Origin: a virus
Length of the DNA stretch: 64,000 nucleotides
Strand: one strand, 5' to 3'
Virus record (IMG/VR): IMGVR_UViG_3300036768_001490
Location: 1-64,000 of that record
Made by a program: the position numbers and the translations under genes. The notes under the pieces were generated by a model. The model saw only the letters and a list, made by a program, of their open reading frames with translations. It was not told the origin of the DNA and searched no databases. Positions within the stretch are counted from its first letter, which is position 1. Every line of letters begins with the position of its first letter. Below, piece after piece: positions 32,770 to 40,993 of the stretch.

Positions 32770-35700
32770 CTAGCGCCCTCCTGGTCGATACCCTGGGCTG
32801 CCACCCCAGAAGGCAGCCAGGTCGCCGCGGTAGCCCCCGTCGCTGAAGTAGATGTTCAGGCTGCCCTCGATCCGGGACGGCCGCTGCCAGACGTCGGCCT
32901 GCTGCTGCCGCTGGTCCTGCTGCCGCATCTCCGCCTGGACGCCGTGGAAAGCCTGGCTGTAGAGCGACAGCAGGTCGCTTTCCGAGCTGTGCTTGCGCCG
33001 GCTGCCGAACTGGAGGAACCTTGTCTTTTCCTGCAACTGGATGGCGCGCTCGAAATCCTGCCATGCGGCCTGGCCTGCCGGGGTCAGGACGTTGTCCTTC
33101 ATCTCGAAGCCGTATTTCCGCTGGAAATTCTCCAGTGCTTCCTGCCGTTTCTTTTCGTCCGTGATCTTCAAGACGTCGAAGTAGGCTTTGGCCATTTCAT
33201 CGACGGCTTCGGTCCCTTGCTTTTTGCTCGCCCCCTCTGCCCGCTTGCGCAGGCTGCGGTGCGTTTCCACCAGGGCGCGGCCCAGTTCCTTGCCGCGCGG
33301 GACGTGCATCATGGCCGCGACGTCCTCGGCGTGCTTGCTCAGGACCCTATCATCTCCTGGCGGGTGGAAGCCGTATTCTTGCAGGATGCCTCGCACGATG
33401 GCCTTGGGGTCTTCGTCCTCGCGTCGGGCAGCCTCCTGCTGCATGCGTTCCAGGCGCTTGCGGATGGACTCTATCCCGGGCAGGTCTTCGCGCCGCAGAC
33501 CTTGTTCCTTGAGGATCTGGTCCAGTTCCTTGGCCGCCCGGTCGCGCTCGTTGAGCACGTCGCGGACCTCTCCCAGGCCGCTCTCGGTGATGAAGCCCTT
33601 GCGCTGGATGTACTTGTCCGGGGACACGCCGAACCGTTGCGCATCCTGGGCAATGGACTGCTTGGCCTTCTGCTGCGCTTCCCTGGCCTCGTCGATCTTC
33701 CTCCGGACGTCGGCCAGCTTCTGGTCGATGCTGGCCCGTCGCTTGTTCTTCTCCTCGTCGTTGATGTCGCTCCCCAGCTGGGCCCGGCCGCGCTCCAGCA
33801 GCGCGGCCTGGGAGCGCAGGGCAGCCTCGGACTGCACCGCCTTGTTGTAATCCGACCTCGCCTGGTCCAGGCGCTTCTTCTCCTCCGGCGTGATGACCAG
33901 GTTCTTGTCCTGGCCCGTGGCGGACTTCTCCAGCGCCTCCAGGCTCACTCCGGTCGTTTCGGCCATGCGCTGGAGCCGGGCCGTGCTGGCCTGGTAACGG
34001 GAGATGGCGTCTTCCTGGTCCGGCGACAGCTGCCGCAGGACGCCGACGCCTCGTGCCAGTCTCTCCACCTGGTACTGTTCCTCGTCCGTCATGACCTGGT
34101 TGCGGTCAATGCGCAGGAAGTCCATTGCCCTGGCCAGGCTGGACATGATCTCTTTCTGCTTGTCCGCAATCTGCTTCTTTTCCTCCGTGCTCAGCCTGTT
34201 CTCCTGGAGCTTGCTCAGGATGCCAAGCTCATGGGCAGCGTACTCCTTGCTGGCCAGGCCCTGCTGGACGGCCCATACCCGATTCTTGTCCTCGCTGGAC
34301 AGCTTGGACGGGTCTCCCTTCAGGCCGAGAATCGCCATCGCCTTGGCCGTGTCGGGTCCGACGCCGGAGATGGCCGCGATGATGTTTTCCATCTCCTTCT
34401 TGCTCAGCTCGCGCTTGTGGCTCAGGTTGAGCAGGTACTTGGCCTCCTCCCTGTCGCCCATCCGTTCGCGCCGTTGCTGCACGCGCCGCTGCAAGTCCTC
34501 GCTCATTCGGTCCAGCGGCAACCGCATCTGCCAGCGCGCGTAGTTCAGGCTGGCCATGCCATACTTTACCGCCAGGTAGCGCGCCTGCTCGTCCTCGCTC
34601 AGGTCCGCCTTGTCCGGGTCGATACGTGCCAGGTAGCGGATGCGCTGGTCCTGGACGAGGCCGAGCTGCACCGTCTTGATGCGCATTTCCTGTTCTTCCC
34701 GGTTCGGGTCTTTGTTCAGCATCTCCTCGGTCAGGCCGAGCAGCTGCATGGCCTCATTCCGGTCCGCGACGCCCTCGCGCATGCGCTTGAGTACATTTTG
34801 CTTCTCGTCCGGGCTCAGCCGGTCCCAGCGCTCACGGCCGTAGATGCCGATGGCTTCATCCAGTGTGCCGACGCCGAAGCGCAGGCCCGTGACCAGGGCC
34901 TCCTGGAACTCGGACAGGTTGCGTGCCTCTGGGTCGATGCCCAGGGCGCGACGGGCGTTTTCTTCCCGACCTAGTTCCATCGCCCGTTCGCGCACGCGGG
35001 CCAGCTGGTCTGGCGACAGGTCCTGGTTCTTGAGCTGTTGCAGCTGCTGGATCTTGTCCTTATCAACGGGTTTGCCTTCGCGCTGGGCCCTGGCAGTGAT
35101 GTCCTGGATCTCCTCGTCGATGACGGCGCTGCGCGCCTCGTGCTCGTCTCCCAGGCGGAACTGCCGCCCCGGCTTGCCGTACTGCTCGCGCAGGGCCTGG
35201 CCAATGGCCAGGTGGCGCTGCTGGATGGCAGCGACTTCCGAGCGCACGCGCGCGATGGTCTGGCGTCCTTCTGGCGTGGTTGGACTGATGTTGTAGTTCT
35301 GGGCCAGGAGGCGGGCCATGTCGTTGGACGTGTGGAGCATCGCCAGCTCCCGCAGGCGTTGCAGGTCGCGCCGCAGGATGTCGCTGTACTCGATGGCCCG
35401 GCCGCCGAGCCGCTGCACTATCTGCGGCGTCTGTACGAGGCGCGAGGCCATGTTTTCCATGTCTTGCACGAAGCGGTCTGTCCGCTCCCGGAAGGCAGCG
35501 CCTTCCTCCGAGGACCAGAACTTGGCAAACCTTTCCTGCTGATCCATCTCGCGCTTCTTCAGGATCATGCGGTCGATCATGGTCTGGTGGACATCTTCTA
35601 TGCTCTTTCCCCGCATGCTCGGGTTGGCTTCCACGAAGCGCTGGACCTCGTCCTCGGTTGGCAGCCGGAATTCCGGCATGGCCTTGAACTGCTTGCGGTC

Positions 35701-38700
35701 TTCTTCCGTGACGGTGTGCATACGATCCATGCGCTCGGCGAACAAGGCGCCGATGGCCTGGGACACGACGTGGGGCGTGCGCAGCCTGTCGTACAGCGGT
35801 TGGACTTCATTCTGGTGCCGTTCGTACTCTTCCTTGGTGTAGGAAGTGCCGTCGGTGTCCTTCCACTTCTCACGGTCGGGCCTGCCGGCCTCTACCCAGC
35901 GCCGGTGCTTTTCCGCCAGTGGAACCAGGCCGCTCCGCTTGGCGTCGCCGGCGAGTTGCTTCTTGACGATTTCCCAGTTCATCCGGTCGGCTGCCTGCTC
36001 GATCTCGTCGGTCCGGACGCCCAGGCGGGCGGCGCGAAGGGTAGCGCTCAGGATCTCGCTGGCCTCACGCTCGGTAAGCATGTTCTGGTTCTGTTCGACC
36101 AGGGCCTTCACGTCTTCCTGGCTGGGGCGCAGCGGCACGAGGCGCCGCTGCATGAGGATGAAGGACCGGACCTCGTCGTCGCTCAGGAACTCGGCCTTCG
36201 CGCTCATCGCTTTGACCTGGTCCGGGTCGATTTCGCCGGCCTCGGCCTGCATGGCCCGCAGCGCCTCCGCTTTGACCTGGGACTCGGGCGCGTTGGCCCC
36301 TAGCATCTGCCGCGCCTTGGCCGTCTCGAAATTGAACATTTTACTGAGCCGGTCGTCCAGCTTGAGTTCATCGAGCCTCTTCTGCGCTTCCTTCAGCTTG
36401 TCCTTGTCCGCTTTATCGCCGAGCGACTTCAGGATGGCGACCTGTTGCTCCGCCTCGATGTACTGGGAGATGCGCTCGATGTCCTTTTGCTTGCGCGTCA
36501 GGAGGACAGCGGACGCCTCCGCCACGCCGATAGGCTTGCCCTGGAAATGCTCCCTGACGTAACGGATGTCACGGGGATCGACCTCCTGGCCGAAACCGCC
36601 GCGCAGGCCGACAATGTCGTTCTGCATGGTGATAAGGTTGCGCGCCTCGCCCTGGAAGCGCTCGATGTCTTCCTGGGACATTCCTTCGGCCGTGAACAGG
36701 CCGAAGGGCTCTCCTGCCTTCACCAGCTCGACGGCCTGGGCATGGAGTTCGCGTTGGGCGACGCGGATACGGTCCAGCAGGCTGGCGCGTATCTCCGGGT
36801 CTGACTCGCGCTGGACCTGATCCTGCATGTCTTCCAGTTCCCGGCGCTTCTCCTGGATCTGGCGGAAGCGCGGCATGAGCGCCCGGTTGATGTCCTGCTT
36901 GCGGATGCCGCCCAGGGCCTGGGCAATGACCGCTTGCAGGCCGTTCGGGTCGTCGGGTCGGACGTTTTGCAGGGCTTCCACGGCACGGGACAGGATGGTG
37001 CCCCTGCCCAGCGGCGCCAGCGCCTTCTGGTTTTCGGCATGGAAGCGCGCTTGCATCTGCTGCCGGTCGGCCTCGTCCAGCGTCAGCCGGTTGTGCAGGC
37101 GGTGTACGTTCTGCACATTGCCGTGGCCGCGAAAGACGCTGGAACGCAGGGCCACGTTGGCGCTGCCGATGAAGCGGTCCGCGGTCTGGCGCAGGAATTG
37201 CCGCTGCTGGCCCTCGTCCATGTCGCCGAACACGTCTTCGTGGCCGGCTGCCCGCAGCTCCTCCCGCAGGATGTTCGCAATGGCGTCGTTGCGCATCTGC
37301 GTGTCAGAGAACTCCTCGGTGCTGAGGTCGAAGATGCGCCGGTTGGCCCGCTGGTACACGTCATCGGCTGCCCGGTTGGCCCGTTGTCTTGCTTCTTCGG
37401 CAGGGAGCCCTTGCCGCTCCAGCTGCTCCCGCAAGCGGCCCTGCAAGGTGCCGCGCAGGGACATGCCGATGAAGTCGCGCACCTCGTCTCCCTGCAACCG
37501 TCGGACGAGCGCGTCCAGGCCGAGGTTGGAGATCTGCTCCCGGTTGGTTTCGCGCTGTTGCAGCATGCTGGCAATGTCGCTGCTGCTGATGTTCGCTGGC
37601 CGCCCCTGGCGGTCCTGGGCTGACTGCATCAGGCGGTAGAACTCGCTGTCGCTGATGTTGACGCTGCGCAGTTGACCTGTCTCGTCCCGGAAAGTGCTGG
37701 CGCCGGTGCGGACGGCCTGGACGTAGCGGGCCGCGGCGGAGTCCTCCTGGAAGCCGCCGACCTGTTCCGCCAGGCGCACGGCTGCGGCCATGCGGTTTGC
37801 CAGGTTCGAGGCGGCCGCCTGCACGCGCAGGTTCGCGTCCATCTGCTGCATCTGGTCCGCGTTGAACACGCCCCAGGCAACGTGGGCGGCGTGTCCCTGG
37901 GCGCGGTAGGCGCCGCCGAAGCCGAGTGCTCCCTGGGTCGCCTGCACGCCGAAGATGGGCTCCAGCCCGAGTCCGGACGCCCGGGCCTGAGCGTGCTGCT
38001 GCAACATGAGGGCGTTGTCGAGCGGCACCCCTGTCTGCCTGGCCAGGTTGTACGTCTGCCGGGCCATCATACCCAGCCTTCCCGGGTCGATCTGCCCGAG
38101 GGAGCCTCCGGTCAGGGCCTCCAGCCCAGAGATCAGTTCCTGCATGGGGGCGTTGGGCCGCCCCATGTCGCCGAAGATGTCGCGCATGGCCGCCACGGCG
38201 GCCGTGTAGGAGCGCAGCGACCGCTTGACCCGGTCCGTATCGAAGGAGCGGATCCTGTCCGCTACCGTAGAGTCGAGCGCGAGCTTGTCGATGTCCTCGG
38301 GCGTCAGCCGGTCCAGCCCCTGACTGACGTTTACTTTTTGCGCCCGCGCGGCCCGCGCCAGGTCGTCGGGCTGGTGCCGCTCCATCTCGATGATGGCGCG
38401 CATGGCCTGGGAGCGCGGGTCGTCCGGCCGCCATTCGCCCCAGCGCCGTTCCGTGGCGGCGGTGCCGAGCATGCCGCGCGCTTGCAGTTCCTGGATGAGC
38501 GCTCCGGCCTGGCCGGCGGATATGCCCAGCATCCGCGGCAGGTTCTCGTCCGAGTACAGGTCGGCGAAGATGTTCCGTGCCATGCGGCCTGCCGACTCGC
38601 TAGACATGCCCATGCGCCCCGTGACCGGGTCTATGCGGTAGCGCCCCGCTTCCATGATGCGCCGGGCCAGGATCACGGACGATCCCTTGATCCCGCCGAG

Positions 38701-39147
38701 CTGTTCGATGAACCCTGGCATGAACTCGGCAAGGAACGGTGTGACCGTGACGGCCATGTCGGCCAAAGAGTGGGCAGCGGCGCGCTGCTGGACGCCAAAG
38801 GGGGTGCCAGTGATAGCGGCCAGGCCGCGGAAGGAGCGGAAGAACTGTTCCCGGTCGGAGCGGGCTGCCTCGCGCACGGCTTCCTGGATCATACCCTGGA
38901 AGCGCTGGTACATGATGCGGTCGTACAGGTTCTGGTCGTGTCCGACCCCCATCGGTACCATGCCGACCTGGCCCATCATATGGCTCAGCATCGGCTGGAG
39001 GAACATGCTGGCCAGCTGCCCGAGTCCGCCCTGGATGAAGGGTATACCTTGCAGCGACGAGGCATACGGGGCCGGCTGGCTCGGGTCCGCCAGCGGGATG
39101 TATCCGGCGGACATCTGCGTGAGCATGGCCGTGGCTGACTGCTGCAT
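32770..39147 (-). CDS. Tail tape measure protein (2125 aa)
   Basis: Longest ORF, helical A/Q/R/E-rich, after the chaperone genes and before the baseplate genes. Confidence 0.88.
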   Translation of the reverse strand: MQQSATAMLTQMSAGYIPLADPSQPAPYASSLQGIPFIQGGLGQLASMFLQPMLSHMMGQVGMVPMGVGHDQNLYDRIMYQRFQGMIQEAVREAARSDREQFFRSFRGLAAITGTPFGVQQRAAAHSLADMAVTVTPFLAEFMPGFIEQLGGIKGSSVILARRIMEAGRYRIDPVTGRMGMSSESAGRMARNIFADLYSDENLPRMLGISAGQAGALIQELQARGMLGTAATERRWGEWRPDDPRSQAMRAIIEMERHQPDDLARAARAQKVNVSQGLDRLTPEDIDKLALDSTVADRIRSFDTDRVKRSLRSYTAAVAAMRDIFGDMGRPNAPMQELISGLEALTGGSLGQIDPGRLGMMARQTYNLARQTGVPLDNALMLQQHAQARASGLGLEPIFGVQATQGALGFGGAYRAQGHAAHVAWGVFNADQMQQMDANLRVQAAASNLANRMAAAVRLAEQVGGFQEDSAAARYVQAVRTGASTFRDETGQLRSVNISDSEFYRLMQSAQDRQGRPANISSSDIASMLQQRETNREQISNLGLDALVRRLQGDEVRDFIGMSLRGTLQGRLREQLERQGLPAEEARQRANRAADDVYQRANRRIFDLSTEEFSDTQMRNDAIANILREELRAAGHEDVFGDMDEGQQRQFLRQTADRFIGSANVALRSSVFRGHGNVQNVHRLHNRLTLDEADRQQMQARFHAENQKALAPLGRGTILSRAVEALQNVRPDDPNGLQAVIAQALGGIRKQDINRALMPRFRQIQEKRRELEDMQDQVQRESDPEIRASLLDRIRVAQRELHAQAVELVKAGEPFGLFTAEGMSQEDIERFQGEARNLITMQNDIVGLRGGFGQEVDPRDIRYVREHFQGKPIGVAEASAVLLTRKQKDIERISQYIEAEQQVAILKSLGDKADKDKLKEAQKRLDELKLDDRLSKMFNFETAKARQMLGANAPESQVKAEALRAMQAEAGEIDPDQVKAMSAKAEFLSDDEVRSFILMQRRLVPLRPSQEDVKALVEQNQNMLTEREASEILSATLRAARLGVRTDEIEQAADRMNWEIVKKQLAGDAKRSGLVPLAEKHRRWVEAGRPDREKWKDTDGTSYTKEEYERHQNEVQPLYDRLRTPHVVSQAIGALFAERMDRMHTVTEEDRKQFKAMPEFRLPTEDEVQRFVEANPSMRGKSIEDVHQTMIDRMILKKREMDQQERFAKFWSSEEGAAFRERTDRFVQDMENMASRLVQTPQIVQRLGGRAIEYSDILRRDLQRLRELAMLHTSNDMARLLAQNYNISPTTPEGRQTIARVRSEVAAIQQRHLAIGQALREQYGKPGRQFRLGDEHEARSAVIDEEIQDITARAQREGKPVDKDKIQQLQQLKNQDLSPDQLARVRERAMELGREENARRALGIDPEARNLSEFQEALVTGLRFGVGTLDEAIGIYGRERWDRLSPDEKQNVLKRMREGVADRNEAMQLLGLTEEMLNKDPNREEQEMRIKTVQLGLVQDQRIRYLARIDPDKADLSEDEQARYLAVKYGMASLNYARWQMRLPLDRMSEDLQRRVQQRRERMGDREEAKYLLNLSHKRELSKKEMENIIAAISGVGPDTAKAMAILGLKGDPSKLSSEDKNRVWAVQQGLASKEYAAHELGILSKLQENRLSTEEKKQIADKQKEIMSSLARAMDFLRIDRNQVMTDEEQYQVERLARGVGVLRQLSPDQEDAISRYQASTARLQRMAETTGVSLEALEKSATGQDKNLVITPEEKKRLDQARSDYNKAVQSEAALRSQAALLERGRAQLGSDINDEEKNKRRASIDQKLADVRRKIDEAREAQQKAKQSIAQDAQRFGVSPDKYIQRKGFITESGLGEVRDVLNERDRAAKELDQILKEQGLRREDLPGIESIRKRLERMQQEAARREDEDPKAIVRGILQEYGFHPPGDDRVLSKHAEDVAAMMHVPRGKELGRALVETHRSLRKRAEGASKKQGTEAVDEMAKAYFDVLKITDEKKRQEALENFQRKYGFEMKDNVLTPAGQAAWQDFERAIQLQEKTRFLQFGSRRKHSSESDLLSLYSQAFHGVQAEMRQQDQRQQQADVWQRPSRIEGSLNIYFSDGGYRGDLAAFWGGSPGYRPGGR

Positions 39148-39149
39148 CC

Positions 39150-39703
39150 CTATCTCCTGGCTGCCTTTGCCGCCTGCTCTAGTGCCTCGGCCCTGCGGCG
39201 GTCACGCTCTGCGATGGCTTTTTCGATCCGGTTGCTACTTTCCTTATCCCTGTTCCGTTCAGAACGCTTGCGCTCCGTCTCGCGTTTGAACTCTTCAGCC
39301 ATCTTGTCGAGGCGGGCACGGACCTCCGGGTCGCTCGGGTCGCCAAAGACCGACTTGTACAGCTCAGTGAGTCTGTCTATTTCGGACTGGACGGTGTTGT
39401 CCCCTTTCTTCTGCGCGGCCCACGGCTGGAGAAGGTGAATGATGTCGCGGAGGATCGCCTGCGCGCGCTTTTGCGCCTCGGCAAAGTCCTCGTCCCGGAT
39501 GCCGCTGTTGCCGACCAGGGCCAGCTGGTAGTGCAGGGCCTGCATCAGTCCTTGGACCTCGTCGTCGTCAGCCAAGGCGCGGATGAGCAGGTTGGCCCGG
39601 CGCCACCAACGTACGTCGCGGACGTCAGCCTGGCGGAAGTCGATGATCCCGCGCGCCGCCGCCCGGATCGTCAGGACTGCACCCTGGTCGGTCGCCAAAA
39701 ATC
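39150..39703 (-). CDS. Frameshift-accessed C-terminal extension of the tail assembly chaperone (GT-like)
   Basis: Open -1 frame LGFLATDQGAVLTIRAAARGIIDF... with no RBS-linked start codon; ends 3 nt before the tape measure ATG. Confidence 0.7.
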
Positions 39704-40984
39704 CGAGTGGTACGCCATTGCCTCCATCTTGGCCACCAGCCGGTTGAACTGGTGGCACGTGTTGTTGACCACGCGGAAGACCGCCTCGGTCTTGAGCACC
39801 TCGCGGATGATGTACTCCTCGATGCGGGGCAGCGGCGTGGCATCCTGCTGCAACAGGTAGCTGCCGTCGTCGTCCTTCCACCAGAAGCCGGTTCCGGACT
39901 CGTTGGTGCTCTTGGACAGAGCGTCGGGCAGGTCGTGGAAGAAGCCTCCCTGGTCCGGCAGGCCGTTGCTGCGGAGCTGCTGGAGCTGGAGGAACAGCCG
40001 GTAGCGGTTAATCTTTTCCCAGAAGTCTACCTCGGTAGGCAGCTTGCCCAGGGCTCGGTCGCTGAACGCCTGCTTGTAGACCGTGTCAATCTCCCTGGGC
40101 GTCAGGGTGCGGAAGACGACGGTGACGGCGCCGCCAAACAGTTCGTACTCTTTCGACCAGCAGCGGGCCCCCAGCAGGGCGTGCAGGAACGACATCTTGT
40201 CGGCGTAGGGAGGCTCGGGGACGTCCGGCTGGCTCAAGTCCCACAGGCAGTGAGGGCAAAAGGAAGGCTGGACTTCGGCCCCCGTTTCCGTCCTGTACTT
40301 CTCCTTCTCCTTTTCCTTTTCTGCTTTGGCGGCAGGCGCCGCGCTGGGGGCTTGCCTTGGCCCTTCGGTCGGAGCGTCCTGGGTAGGGGTAGCAGCAGGT
40401 GGTTGCCGTTGCGGCCGGTCGTCCTCGATCTCCAGGACGGCCGCCTGTTCCGGCTGCCTTGACGCTGCTGCCTTCGGGACCGCGATAAGGGCCTGGTGCA
40501 TCATCGGAGCGGCGCCCTTGTCGTTCTTCTCCTGGCTGATCGCCTGCTGGAACTTGGCCAGGCTGTGCATGGCTGACAGGATGCTGGCGCGTTCCTCCGG
40601 GTTCAGTTCGTGCAGTTCCTTGGTCACGGGTGGCTGGAAGGCCGTCACCTTTGCTTCCGCTGGCAAGATGACTGCTTCTCCGGCCTCTGCTTTCTTTTCC
40701 TTGGCTGCCTGGACCAGCAGGCCGGTCACTCCGGATGGCGGGATCGGCATGTCCTCGGTCCAGCCGACAGCTTCCAGCGCCGCTCGCTCTTGCTCGGTCA
40801 GGTTGGACGGCACCACGCCGGCCGCCTTGCCGGCTGGAGTGGCAGACCGTCCTCCTGCCGTGGCCGTGGCAGGAGGAGGTGTAGGTGCGGACGCGGGTGG
40901 CGGCACCGGTGCCAGCCCCTGACCGGTGGCCCGCGCTAGCAGGTCGTCCCGTGCTTTTCTGGCCAGGTCAATGTCTCTCGGCAT
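39671..40984 (-). CDS. Tail assembly chaperone (G-like) with long low-complexity N-terminal half
   Basis: CPHC, SKEYELFGGAVTVVFRTLTPREID; position upstream of the tape measure. Confidence 0.72.
   Translation of the reverse strand: MPRDIDLARKARDDLLARATGQGLAPVPPPASAPTPPPATATAGGRSATPAGKAAGVVPSNLTEQERAALEAVGWTEDMPIPPSGVTGLLVQAAKEKKAEAGEAVILPAEAKVTAFQPPVTKELHELNPEERASILSAMHSLAKFQQAISQEKNDKGAAPMMHQALIAVPKAAASRQPEQAAVLEIEDDRPQRQPPAATPTQDAPTEGPRQAPSAAPAAKAEKEKEKEKYRTETGAEVQPSFCPHCLWDLSQPDVPEPPYADKMSFLHALLGARCWSKEYELFGGAVTVVFRTLTPREIDTVYKQAFSDRALGKLPTEVDFWEKINRYRLFLQLQQLRSNGLPDQGGFFHDLPDALSKSTNESGTGFWWKDDDGSYLLQQDATPLPRIEEYIIREVLKTEAVFRVVNNTCHQFNRLVAKMEAMAYHSDFWRPTRVQS
39695..39704 (-). other. Candidate -1 slippery site GGATTTTTGG
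   Basis: Frame 0 GAT TTT TGG, -1 frame GGA TTT TTG; seven codons before the frame-0 stop at 39671. Confidence 0.62.
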
Positions 40985-40993
40985 GACTGTCCC

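Noticed and set aside
17671-33064. Long 5' extensions in the ORF track (starts at 20184, 25518, 26555, 28328, 31692, 33064)
   Set aside because: They overlap upstream genes in other frames with low-complexity R/P/G sequence; internal starts with RBS give tight packing.
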